64,000 nucleotides of DNA. It comes from Octopus sinensis. Its lineage: Eukaryota. The DNA is taken from positions 190,836,001 to 190,900,000 of the forward strand of contig NC_042998.1 of the NCBI RefSeq assembly GCF_006345805.1, written 5' to 3'. The notes under the pieces were generated by a model that ran no database searches, was not told the DNA's origin, and saw only the letters and a list, made by a program, of their open reading frames with translations. The translations under genes were made by a program, and so were the position numbers. Positions 27,501-40,592 of this stretch are shown piece after piece (position 1 is the first letter of the stretch; each line of letters starts with the position of its first letter).

Positions 27501-28296
27501 CATCACTTTTCCCCAACAGAAATGATAATAAAAGCTTTTCATAATCATTATCCATAATTTTTATTATGAAGTTGCTCCAAATTAATTTACCGGTCACTTA
27601 CAAGTAGAAAGCTGAGAACAAATACCATAAGCGATATCATAGAGATGTTGACATACGAAAGCAATGGCTATCAAAGCTTTTCACAAACACACATACACAT
27701 CTCAGACACACGTTTGTATGTGTAAACATTTCCCATGTCAGACGCTTTTATCAAGCCATTATCAAAATAGCAATCTCGCTAAAATACTTCGTACACCTAG
27801 CACAGTACAGCTAGTATTAACGTAAATCACTCATTACTCGTAAAAGAACATAGTAACCAATTACCTATAGATAATAACAGCAGAAATAACCTCGAAACAT
27901 CAAGCGTTTTAAATACAAATTATGTCCTAGCGAATGTAAATAAAATTCTTACGCGATCATTAACAAGGTGACCCGATTTCTCACGATCAAAGTCTGGATG
28001 ATACCAAACCGTAAATAGATACGCGCAAAGGACTCTTTAGGAGTTGTACGAGCAAACATGTATACGAAAAATTGCAAATATGATTACAATATATCCGTCG
28101 CAAAACTTACGGTCAGTAAAAGTGAAACAATAATTTTAAAACTTTGCGGCCTATTTTAACTAACCTCAAGAAATACATCAATGATAGAACTTTCTGTAAT
28201 GAGGAACATCACAAATATGAATTAAAAAGCCAAGAATTCTACACACACAGTTTACGTTTAAGTGTCGTCGCGAAAATATATTTCTAAATATATTAT

Positions 28297-28711
28297 GGCG
28301 GCGAGCTGGCAGACACGTTAGCGCGCCGAGCGAAATGCTTAGCGGTATTTCGTCTGTCGTTACGGTCTGAGTTCAAATTACGCCGAGGTCGACTTTACCT
28401 TTCATCCTTTCGCGGTCGATAAATTAAGTACCAGTTATACACTGGGGTCGATGTAATTGACTTAATACCTATGTCTGTCCTTGTTTGTCCCCTCTATGTT
28501 TAGCCCCTTGTGGGTAATAAAGAAATAGGTATTTCGTCTGTCGTTACGGTCTGAGTTCAAATTACGCCGAGGTCGACTTTACCTTTCATCCTTTCGGGGT
28601 CGATAAATAAAGTACCTGTTTCGTACTGGGGTCGATGTAATCGACTTACTCCCTTTGTCTGACCTTGTTTGTCCCCTCTATGTTTAGCCCCTTGTGGGCA
28701 GTAAAGAAATA
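28297..28711 (+). mobile_element. SINE family A head-to-tail dimer (184-bp repeat lacking the A-box head)
   Basis: Units 28344-28527 and 28528-28711 share private variants (TTACGGTCTGAG, AAATTACGCCG, ACTTTACC). Confidence 0.92.
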
Positions 28712-28899
28712 TATATTTCACCGGTATAATTACAAGTAAAGACATAAGCCAGGCGTAGATTACTGCTCCTCCGAATGATTACCGAATGAAAAAATCGAAT
28801 GAAGTTAATAGAAAGCCTCTAACATGGCAGCAGACTGTTACCGCATCATCTGACTTTAACAGTACTGTCACCATTAACCATCATCAGTTGAGTATTGTT

Positions 28900-29028
28900 T
28901 TGAGCGTGAAACATTGACGAATGAAATGTTGGGTGGAATGATCTAACATACACAATAAATTTACTGCATCCGAGATGATTGTTTTCATTAGTAAAGTTAC
29001 AAGTAGAATATTCGCAAGTACAATCCTG

Positions 29029-29089
<61 letters not shown>

Positions 29090-29215
29090 GCCATGATAGC
29101 TCGGTAGCCACTACACACATTTTTTTCTCTACTTGTTTCTCTCCTTGTTTTTCCTGTGTCACTTTCTGTAGAAGAGCGTAGGCTCGAAACGTAAATGACT
29201 TTTTCTATTCCTGAC
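28900..29215 (+). mobile_element. Penelope-like element 3' relic with pLTR hammerhead
   Basis: ATTCGCAAGTACAATCCTGTGAAT (IRKYNPVN) resembles the PLE GIY-YIG C-terminal FIxKxxPxLN; after a (TA)n tract comes CTGTAGA-A-GAGC-GTAG-GCTC-GAAA-CG-TA. Confidence 0.55.
29158..29199 (+). ncRNA. Minimal type I hammerhead-like motif (variant core CUGUAGA)
   Basis: Stem II GAGC/GCUC with GUAG loop, GAAA, palindromic ACGU stem III, GUA cleavage triplet, bulged stem I GUCA(CU)UU/AAUGAC. Confidence 0.55.
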
Positions 29216-29759
29216 GGACAGACAGACACACGTTTATGTATAAATCATTACACAGATTAACATAAACCTCTTACATACGTTATATATACAATATTTTAAA
29301 AAAATTGTATCAGTTGTATATAATGCCAAAAGCAATACAACTGTGTATCATGGATATCATTGACGTAGTTAATGAGATATATTAAGTTAATAATTATGAA
29401 TTTTAGGATAAGGGAATTTTTTCGGTACAGCGATGAATTGTTGGCTAGAAGTTATTAAGACTATTTCAAGCAAATGGGTCAAAGTGTTTCATTTAAATAA
29501 GTAAAGATATTTAATAGAAATAAGTTAAGATATGAATGAAAAAAAAAAAACTTAAGCAACCAGAACTAATCGAAGATCTATATTTACCATGTAAAATATT
29601 TTTTGTGTACATTTAGGGATAATTTCTTTTAGCAATTAATTAATTTCTAAATACTAATCAATTTGCCCGAACACTAATTTTCCAAGTACACTAATTGCCA
29701 ACTCTACAAAATATAACCATCTCATTTGTTATGAATATTGACTGATGTGTGTGTATATG

Positions 29760-29831
<72 letters not shown>

Positions 29832-30846
29832 TATATATATATAAGCTGTGCTACAGAAAAAATGAGAGAATAATTGGTTGTTCTGAACTGTAGTAAAGCT
29901 AAGTCAGCTAAAAACTAGGTCGAGATCGAGATCCTACTGTTGTTGGGTCAGTAGATAACATCTTAAGGGTTATGATTTCCCAGATTTATGCTTATATTGA
30001 GACGACCAGTATTCCTATAGTTCTGCAAAAATTAAAAAATATCGTTAATCAACCGATTAGAATCAGGACCAAAGTCGAAACGAAAAGTTTGTCTAATACT
30101 TCTTTACTCAGATATTAAAGTGTAAGAGTTCCAGAGATGGTGGAGATATCACAAAAACATCAGAAAAGACAAGGCGATCAATAACTAATAAATAAATATG
30201 CTTTTAAGCGGACCAAAAAATATGGTAACAGCCTAATATTCAAAAAATCTGAGTGCGTCTAAACAAAATAAGTAAAATTTGGAAAAATTCGCTCTCGTAG
30301 ACATTATAAGATGACAAAAAATTATTCTGTATATAAGAAATAGTTTTGTTAACAAGAACGTAATAGTAAAGGCATCAAATATTATCTTTAGTTACCGACT
30401 GTTAATAAATCTTATATTTTGTTGAGTAAATACTATTGTGTAGAGAACAAAAATATCTACATAATTAACTCAAGCCCTTAGCTGTGACGAAGTGATAGAG
30501 GGGCGAGATTTTGATAAAGCGAGAGAGAGAGAGAAGAGGAAGAGAGGAGGGAATGAGTGTAGCAACAAGAGAGGGAACCGATGAGGTATGTGAAAGATAT
30601 AGAGAGAATGGGCGAGAAGAAAAGAGGGAGATTTGGCGAATGTGTAAGTAAAAAGAAAAGGAGCAAAATCACGAGAGATTGTATAGGTATGAGTGGTGGG
30701 AGTATAAGAAAGAAAGAAAGAAGGGACACAGGAACAATGAAAGAATCGGAGTGTCAGAGAAAAATACTACTGTAGAGTGAGGATATAGAAACGAAAAGAA
30801 AAGAAAAAGGAGCAAAATAAAAATAATTGAGACGGAACGAATGAGT

Positions 30847-30910
<64 letters not shown>

Positions 30911-31259
30911 AAAGAGAGAGGGCTGGAATAGCAAAACAGGAACATAGGTAGAAAACGCGGGACAGATATAGAGAGAAATCGTTAAAGACGATAAAAGATG
31001 GCGTGAGAGAGTATTCAGAGTCAAAGCTGATTGGACAAATGAAAAAACAAAAACAAAACAAAAGCAGAAAAAAAAAAAAAACAAAATCACAAGTAAAAAA
31101 CACTGAAAGAGTTAGAAATTAGTAATAAAAGTAGCTCGAGGTAAATGCAAACTAATTATAAACCAGTTAATCAATATAGCAACAGTGGTCTATATAGTAT
31201 TAATTATGGAAAAATAACACAGCAGAATGTATTTATATTTACTGCAACTTTTGATCTAA

Positions 31260-31260
31260 C

Positions 31261-31344
<84 letters not shown>

Positions 31345-31470
31345 GTGTGTGTGTAATATATATATATATTTATTATATATATATATATATCTATACATAT
31401 ATATATATACATACATATATATACACACACACATATTTACATATATATATGCACACACACATATATTTAC

Positions 31471-31535
<65 letters not shown>

Positions 31536-31600
31536 ACATATATATATACATATATTATATCCACACACATATATATATATATATATACACATATATTTAC

Positions 31601-31632
<32 letters not shown>

Positions 31633-31732
31633 AACATATATAAATACATATATATATACACATATATATACATTATATATATAATACATATATATATATC
31701 ATATATATATATACATATATATAATATATATA

Positions 31733-31765
<33 letters not shown>

Positions 31766-31843
31766 CATAACACCATACATACATATATATATATATACAT
31801 ACATACTATATATATATATATACATACATACATATATATATAT

Positions 31844-31882
<39 letters not shown>

Positions 31883-31959
31883 CGTACATCATACATACAT
31901 AATATATATATATATATAATATATATATACGGAACATACATACATATATATATATATAC

Positions 31960-32014
<55 letters not shown>

Positions 32015-32074
32015 ATATATATAGATATATATATATCTATATATATATATATATACGTACATACATACATACAT

Positions 32075-32113
<39 letters not shown>

Positions 32114-32135
32114 GCACACGTACATACATACTTAC
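31260..32135. repeat. ~870-bp compound (TA)n/(CA)n/(TACA)n tract
   Basis: Direct inspection; explains the IYIY-type ORFs. Confidence 0.95.
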
Positions 32136-32904
32136 ATGCAAACGCATATATAATTTGTCATGATGCTTAAGAGGAGATCAAACAAATAAAGAAATTAAAA
32201 ATTTAACGTCAGCCAAGGGTAGAACGAAATCGACGTGGCACTGTTGGAGACACTAATAGTGGCAGGGAGTTACCGAAATCTTTCTGATCTCTAGTGAGCA
32301 CCGGATGAAAGAGATGCTACCAGTTCGCATTCTCAAGCAGAGTGCGCACACTCACACGCATACACACACACATACACATACACACACAGTGAGTTTAATA
32401 AGCAAGGCTGATATATAGAAAGAAAAATAGATGTACAGATCGATAGATAGTTCCTATCTATTAGATGTAATATTCCTAAGGAAATATGGGATGCTGAATT
32501 TTTATGCTACATAGGAAGATGGAAAGACCTAACTAACTGGTATATAGTTATTCTATATAGAAAGTTAAATAGTTAAATAGGCCAAGGAAAGGATGCTCAG
32601 ATACGAGAAGTATTCAAACTGTACTTTAGAAAATTCGATGAAAGAATAATTGTAAAGTAGAATAGTTCAATGCTGTGGAATAATAAAAATCCCGTTAAAG
32701 AGCGAAAATGAAGTAATATCGAATAACATTTATAACCACATATTATTATTATATCTAAAAGAAGAAAAAAAGAACAACTGGAATTGCCTTACTTGGGTCA
32801 CTGGGAAAAAAGAAAGCCAAAAAATCGAAAAAAATCAACAGTAATATGCAAGTGTGCCAAAAATGGTGGAATCAGCTGTCAAGTTCTTGTAAGAATATTT
32901 GCAA

Positions 32905-33261
32905 TATCGCTAAGTGGTAAGAAATTTGCTTCCCAGCCACACTGTTTTGAATTCTGTCCCACTATATGGCACCTCGGGTGAGTGTCTTCACTATAACCCT
33001 GGACTAACCAAATCCTTGTGAGTGGAAATTGAAGAAGCCTGTATATAGAAACGTTAGCACGCCGAGCGAAATGCGTAGCCGTATTTCGTCTGTCGATACG
33101 TTCCGAGTTCAAATTCCGCCGAGGTCGACTTTGCCTTTCTCCTTTCGGGGCCGATAAATTGAGTACCAGTTACACACTGGGGTCGATGTAATCGACTTAC
33201 TCCTTTGTCTGTCCTTGTTTGTCCCCCTCTTGTTTAGTCCCTTGTGGGTAGTAAAGAAATA
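32905..33261 (+). mobile_element. Old SINE B 5' half followed directly by a SINE A copy (33047-33261)
   Basis: GTGGTAAGAAATTTGCTTCCC..GAAGAAGCCTG followed by GAAACGTTAGCACGCCGAGCG..GTAAAGAAATA. Confidence 0.8.
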
Positions 33262-33276
33262 TATATACACATTATA

Positions 33277-33349
<73 letters not shown>

Positions 33350-33379
33350 CACACACACACAACTAAGAGAGCTACTATA

Positions 33380-33591
33380 CAAGGTGCGGCAGAAAGCGGC
33401 AGAAATACCTCCCACATTTTAAACTTTCACCTACGTGCTGCTAATGAACTTATGCAAGTGCCAACGATGTTTTCATTTAGCTAATGAACAAAAACTGTTA
33501 CCCTTTGTTTAAACAACAGTAAAATTAATTTTTCATAAATGTTGTTTCTTTTTCCTCTTTCAAATGTGGGAGGTATTTCTAAGGCACCCTG
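33380..33591. mobile_element. Tc1/mariner-type MITE (212 bp) with TA TSD
   Basis: TA|CAAGGTGCGGCAGAAA(GCGGCAGAAA)TACCTCCCACATTT and AAATGTGGGAGGTATTTCTAAGGCACCCTG|TA. Confidence 0.85.
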
Positions 33592-33689
33592 TAATTTCAT
33601 GCTTTTATCACACTTGAACAGGCACATTTATAAAATACGTCATGTATATTAAAGCAATCATTCCAGCTCTGTTCATGCCTTATATATAT

Positions 33690-33902
33690 TCTTTTTTACT
33701 CTAGGCACAAGGCCCGAAACTTTGTGGGAGAGGACCAGTCGATTAGATAGACGCCAGTATGCAACTGGTACTTAATTTATCGACCCCGAAAGAGTGAAAG
33801 GCAAAGTCGACCTCGGCGGAATTTGAATTCAAGAAGTAAAGACAGACGAAATATCGCTAATCATTTCGCCCGGCGTGCTAACGTTTCTGTCAGCTAGCCG
33901 CC
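33690..33902 (-). mobile_element. SINE family A, tail variant ii
   Basis: Matches 15207-15415. Confidence 0.88.
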
Positions 33903-34659
33903 TTATTGTTATATGCATATTTTAAGAACACGGATGCTGGACGTTTTTTTCTAGTTTTTTTTTTTTTTGGCTTATTTTTTTACTGTCCAGCGTCCTTGTT
34001 TGTAAAATATATCTAACGTAGAAACAGATCCTGAAAGATTGCTTTAAGGTACATGACGCATTTTATAAATATGTTTAAGTATCATAAAAACCTGACGATA
34101 TTAATAGCTTTTTTGGTTGTGTATTTATCTTTCACTGGATGGAATCCTTTTATTTGTTGATTCTACTTCTATTGGATCTTTAAACTACTTACATATACAG
34201 TTTAAGGTATATTCCGTCAGGAATGTAGCAGAGTACAAAACAGAGTTCGTCCACCCTTATTAATTACCAAATAGCTGGTGGCTTTACGATATACTTCTCA
34301 AGTCTAGATTTGGGCATTCGTCGTGTGTGAAAATAAAATTGAATAAAATAATGATTTTAAAAAATAACTGTACAACCGTTCTCCTTCTTGTTGACTGTAT
34401 CTCATTCAATTATAATATATCAACACATAGAACCACAAGTGCACACACATTAACTCACATTCGCGTGTTCATAACTACTTGGAACTGTTTTGGCTGAAAG
34501 ATGTCTTGTTATTTTCTTTGTGACCATATTGAAATCTGCGAAGTAAATCTCAAAGAAAAGATACCTCTGTGGGGTTACCCTGGGTTTCATGCCCATAAAG
34601 CGCTTAGCTTTACAGCGTTTTTTCAGATCCTAAGACCCGTTTGTTTTAGGGTCTGAATG

Positions 34660-34870
34660 TGTGTGTGTGTGTGCCTTTCTGCTTGTTCTCCTCATGACTT
34701 GAGAAACGTTGTTGCTTTGTTTACGTCTCTGAGTTCAGCAAAAGAGACCTATTGAATAACAACTAGGTTTAAAACTAAGTAGTAGGCTCTATGTAATCGA
34801 TTAAGCCCTTCCCGGCAGTGGCCGAGGAATTGGGGATTCCAGCAGGCCAATGCCTGAAACAAGTAAAATA
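34660..34870 (+). mobile_element. Degenerate 3' half of SINE family B
   Basis: GTTTACGTC..GTTCAGCAAAAGAGACC..CCTGAAACAAGTAAAA. Confidence 0.6.
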
Positions 34871-35944
34871 TAAATGATTAGAGCATAGCTTGTAACAGAG
34901 GATGTGAACCAATACAAAATATAACTTGTAACTATAAAATGTATTGCAAAAAAAAATATCATTATAAACCATAACTCCATTGAAGACTGCAAGAACTTCT
35001 GAACAATAGGAATTATGGTCACTGCATAACGGACGGAACAAACAATAGTAATTCTTCAGAAGTGATTATACAAAATTAATATTAATATTTTATATTAATG
35101 TGAAAACAGAAATAGACGTCTAAAACTACGGGCTGAGAAACGAATCAATAATGAATCTAATAACGTTATCGAAGTTTTCTGCTCGAGACGTTTAAAACAT
35201 TTCTTCGCCCTCTGAATTGTTTGTATTTATTATTTGCCGACGCTAAACGTTACCAGTTCTTTTCCACTGCATTGCTTAAATAATAAGGAAACACTCGAGC
35301 ATTTTGTAGGAGAAATATATAACGATTTTGAGAAAATTTGATCCATACGTTCTAATAAGGAAAATTCAAACAAGGAATGACTTATTGATACGTTTGGGAG
35401 AGCAAACCTTTCTGATCGACAAAAATGTGGATAGATATCACAGAAGGTCATTCAGACTTAAATGTGTTAGCATGGACTTGACAGTGATATAGTGTATCAG
35501 TCCATGAATGATCGTCTGGGGAGTATATATATTCTCTGAAATATGATCTGGATATTAAACAAAGGGATATGCACTTAGATAATGTACCTAGAATCTTATT
35601 TTTCATCGCATTTCTTTAATTTGTTGCTAGAAATAAAGTAAAATACCTCATAGATATCAAAGATGTGAACATCAAGGAGAATTTAGTACAGATGGAAACC
35701 ATTTAGCATGCGTGACTCTATACACAATCATATACATAAAGCTGCAGTGTAAATACATATAGATACACGCACAGAAACAAACATATATACATGCGTGTAT
35801 AAACGTGTGCATATACATACATACATATATACATACATACGTACATACATACATACGTACATACATACATGCATACATACATATATACATGTGTGTGTGA
35901 TTATGTTGTATGCGTATGTATGCATGTATGTATATATATGTATA

Positions 35945-35989
<45 letters not shown>

Positions 35990-36655
35990 TACATGTATTG
36001 ATATTGAAATTGATATATATGTTTAAGTTTACGGGAGTTTATGTATTTGGGTGTATTATTGGAAAACATATAACTTTTGTAGTTGTGCATATAGCAAAGG
36101 TCAAGGAATATTAATTTAGCTCCGTCATAGATTGGTTATAAATTCATATTAGTGGAACAAAAAGTGACAGACGTTAAACGTATCTGAGTGTGATAGGCAA
36201 ATTCATTATAAAAGATTATAAGATTCGAAGTAACTGCATAGATGTTCTGAATTCTGAATAGCAGAAATGTAGTCCTGATCGCTCAAAATAAGAAGGAGAG
36301 CTTCATTTGTAATTTTCGATTTAATAATTAAGAAGTCTAATCCATCTAAATATGTGAACGCGTTAAAGTAAAGTAAAAGTTAACATGTGTAACCGGTACT
36401 GCAACATGTCCTTGATGGTGATGGTTAACACACAGAGAAGACCTAAACAAAATAAGGTTGAAGAGGCAGCAAGGGTGATACATGTGGCCTCCCCAAATTT
36501 CTCTCAAATTATACCCTAAATTCTTAGACGAGATCTCACTGGACAAGCTGAACGTTGTATGTTGTCTAGGTAAGAGATAGTAATGTAACAGTTGCGACGT
36601 TTTTTGTCACTCGATCATAGCTGATCTAGGTTTAAAGAAAAAAGAACACAATTAA

Positions 36656-36811
36656 GAGTGGCTGTGTGGTAAGTAGCTTGCTAACCAACCACATGGTTGC
36701 GGGTTCAGTCCCACTGCGTGGCATCTTAGGCAAGTGTCTTCTGCTATAGCCCCGGGCCACCACCAATGCCTTGTGAGTGGATTTGGTAGACGGAAACTGA
36801 AAGAAGCCGTC

Positions 36812-36858
<47 letters not shown>

Positions 36859-37074
36859 ATGTTTGTGTGTGTGTGTTTGTGTGTCTGTGTTTGTCCCCCT
36901 AGCATTGCTTGACAACCGATGCTGGTGTGTTTACGGCCCCGTCACTTAGCGGTTCGGCAAAAGGTACCGATAGAATAAGTACTGGGCTTACAAAGAATAA
37001 GTTCCGGGGTCGATTTGCTCGACTAAAGGCGGTGCTCCAGCATGGCCGCAGTCAAATGACTGAAACAAGTAAAA
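36656..37074 (+). mobile_element. SINE family B, near full length, young
   Basis: Near identity to 10578 and 17088. Confidence 0.92.
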
Positions 37075-37843
37075 TAGAAAAAAAATAGAAATAGACAATA
37101 ATGTTGGAACTGTTTGGTGGAATGTTCAATTTTTCATTCGTTAGCATTGTACTTTCAAAAACCGCGATTACCTCCTCACTAATTAAATCAATAATACGAA
37201 GTCTTTTGTAGTGGTCTTTCGATGAAAAAAGAATTTTGAAATTTCAATTAAGTTGGTATGGTGATTTGTGATCTGAATTCACGAACCACAGACCTGAACT
37301 GAAGAACCACGTTATCTGGCTTTTTTGACAACATCGTTTCTTATACCACCTTCATCAATTTGATTCGAGAATATTTTTTTAACGACAGCCAAGGACTGAT
37401 CGGATTATCACGTTTCATCACGGCAATTAAGGGACCCAATCTCGCAAGGAACTTCAATAGTGTGTGCTTTCTTGTGAGTATGTTTATTTTATGTGTGTGC
37501 ATGTACGTGTGCATGGTGTGTGTGTGCGTGTGTTGTGAGTGAGTGTGAGCTGTGTGTGTTTTGAGTGTGTGTGTATAACAGAGAGAGCGAGAGAGAGAGA
37601 AAGAGATATAAAAGAGACAGAGGAAGCAACATAGAGATAGAGAGCGACGAAGAGAGAGAATGAGAGAGAGAGAGATAGAGCAAGAGAGTGAGAGGGAGAG
37701 AGAGAGAAAGAGAGGAAGAGAGGAAGAGAGAAATAGTTACAGGGAAGAAATTCTAATTAAAGAACGGCTTAATCCCGGACATATTCTCGTACAATTAAAG
37801 AACGGTATCATACGAGATAAAAGACACATACCTAAATAAACTT

Positions 37844-37876
<33 letters not shown>

Positions 37877-37896
37877 CACATATATCTATATATAAT

Positions 37897-37946
<50 letters not shown>

Positions 37947-37956
37947 ATATAATATG

Positions 37957-37996
<40 letters not shown>

Positions 37997-38526
37997 TATT
38001 TACACACACACACAAATACGCACACAATACACACGCAGACGCACCAAACGGATGCACACACATACACAACACATATATATAGCACATATATCTATATAGT
38101 AAATGTTTAAAGAACAAAAGAAATAAAAGAAAACATGTCTATGAATAAGAGTACAAAGTAATTAATTTTTTGCTGCAAGAAAGAAACAGACGAAAGTTCA
38201 GTGTTTCGGTTAATCGTTCCTTTTCAAGGTGAAGAAGGGAAGAAAGTTACATGGAAGTAATAGTGTTTACAATGAAATTTATTATAGAATAACAGAAATG
38301 GGTCGAGTGGAAAGATGCTTTACATAAAAATAGAGCTTTTCAACCAAGGGAGATAACGTACGATTGTACGTACCATATTTTGTGTGTTACAGATACAGAA
38401 GCGAGTCCATTTCCTGTATGTGTGCGAGTAGAGGATTCTCTTAGGATGCTACACGTGTTTAGGTATGTGATCAACTGTATAACTGATGTGAACTATGTAT
38501 AAAGATGATGGTGTGTGGTGTGTGTG

Positions 38527-38565
<39 letters not shown>

Positions 38566-38575
38566 AGAGAGAGAG

Positions 38576-38675
38576 NNNNNNNNNNNNNNNNNNNNNNNNN
38601 NNNNNNNNNNNNNNNNNNNNNNNNNNNNNNNNNNNNNNNNNNNNNNNNNNNNNNNNNNNNNNNNNNNNNNNNNNN
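38576..38675. other. Assembly gap (100 N) adjoining a (GA)n tract
   Basis: Run of N. Confidence 1.
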
Positions 38676-39070
38676 TAGAGAAAAAAAATCAACATGAAGG
38701 TGGCAGTCAAGAGATATAATATCAGCTGACACCAAAAGCACAAAAAAAAAACAAAAAATAAAAACGGAAAAAGGTAAAAAAAAAGATTAAAGAAAACAAT
38801 CGAAGTACGGTGAAAGAAAAGTCGCTTAGGATGTTAGAAGGTGAAGTTAACAGCAGACCAGAAATGGTGCAGAAGATGGCGACGGTGTAGTGAGGTGTAC
38901 ATTTGAAACGGAAGTACATACGATCGTTAACAAGCCTGCAATCAGCAACATTTTGTCTTCTACATTTTGACACATACTTTAGAGTATACCTGAAACTTCA
39001 CTCAAATTACCCATACACGAGCTAACGCTAATAGACGCCATGCGACGATTCTCGCAAACACATACGCATA

Positions 39071-39101
<31 letters not shown>

Positions 39102-39230
39102 CCACAACACACACACACATATATACGCAGTCACACACACACACTCCATGTGCCTGTCTGTCGATCTGCCTGCTTGTCTATACATGTGTCTGTCTCTTTT
39201 TGTTCACATACATGTAGATGTATGTATGTG

Positions 39231-39276
<46 letters not shown>

Positions 39277-39334
39277 GATATATATTATATATATATGTAT
39301 ATATATGTATGTATTATATATATATATATCTATA

Positions 39335-39385
<51 letters not shown>

Positions 39386-39722
39386 ATATATTGTATATAT
39401 ATATATATATGTATGTATATATATGCATGCACACATACACGACACATATTATTTCCGTTCTGTGCAGCCATTCGATCCTTAGACAGTTTCAGTAAAATAT
39501 CGTTAATCTCTAAGAAGTGGCTAAGAAAACTGCTCGGTAAATTCGTCTTCGTTTCTGGAGAAAGGGAGACAATCCTTTTAAAGGGTAACTTAACAGATTC
39601 CGAGAGAAAGGTAGTGAGAGAAGCAGAGGCACACACATAGGAAAAGGAAGGGAGAGGTACACACGTAGGGAAATATATATATATATATAATTATAGAGAA
39701 GAGAGCGGAAATGAAGAGAGAT

Positions 39723-39765
<43 letters not shown>

Positions 39766-39965
39766 TGAGAGAGAGATGGTGTGAGTGGGAGTCAGAGAGT
39801 AGTATATAGGTTTTCCATGTTTGCATCAAGGAAGGAAGGCTAAGATGCAAAATATATCTCGGTGGGATTTGAACTCATTGTATCTAATATCCTAACGATT
39901 CGATCAATTCACCGCCTTCTATATATACACATTATATCCGAAACTCACAATGATATTCATATATA

Positions 39966-40115
39966 TACATTATTTACATTATTTACATTCGACGGATATT
40001 TGTCCTCATCTTGTTTGTTGTTAACACAACGCTTCGGCTGACATACCCTCCAACCTTCATCAGGTGTCTTGGAGAAATTTCGAACCTGGCTTCTCATTCC
40101 TAATGTATTTTTCGA

Positions 40116-40165
<50 letters not shown>

Positions 40166-40170
40166 TATTA

Positions 40171-40208
<38 letters not shown>

Positions 40209-40303
40209 TTATTATTATTATTATTCAGGTTACTCTTGCTTGAAATCGAACTCGGAATCTTGGGGTTAGTAGCCCGCGCATTTAACCACTACGACATATG
40301 CCC
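39966..40303 (-). mobile_element. tRNA-headed SINE with internal (AAT)n and 3' hammerhead ribozyme (left copy, complete head)
   Basis: Minus strand GGGCATATGTCGTAGTGGTTAAATGCGCGGGCTACTAACCCCAAGATTCCGAGTTCGATTTC (A and B boxes), (AAT)n, then GACAC-CTGATGA-A-GGTTG..CAGCC-GAAG-CG-TT-GTGTT. Confidence 0.85.
40023..40068 (-). ncRNA. Minimal type I hammerhead ribozyme motif (GAAA mutated to GAAG)
   Basis: Stem I GACAC/GUGUU, intact CUGAUGA, stem II GGUUG/CAGCC, stem III CG palindrome, GUU triplet. Confidence 0.75.
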
Positions 40304-40592
40304 AAGATTCCGAGTTCGATTCCAAGCAGTGACCTGAATAATAATGATGATGATGATAATAATATATAATAATAATATAATAATAATAATAATATAATAT
40401 AATAATAAAAATAAAATCAAAAATACCTTAGAAATGAGAACCAGGTTCGAAATTTCCCCAAGACACATATGAAGGCCTGTAGGGTATATCAGCCGAAACG
40501 TTGTGTTACAACAAACAAGATGAGGACAAATATCCATCAATGTACATAATGTAAAATAATGTACATAATTCCTCATCTCTCTAAATATAGAA
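40301..40592 (+). mobile_element. Second, 5'-truncated inverted copy of the same hammerhead SINE
   Basis: Starts CCCAAGATTCCGAGTTCGATTCC (B box only), (AAT)n, then GACAC-ATATGA-A-GGCCTG..CAGCC-GAAA-CG-TT-GTGTT at 40462-40507. Confidence 0.85.

Noticed and set aside
40225-40303. Functional tRNA gene
   Set aside because: The acceptor stem is incomplete, there is no oligo-T terminator, and it continues into a SINE body present twice
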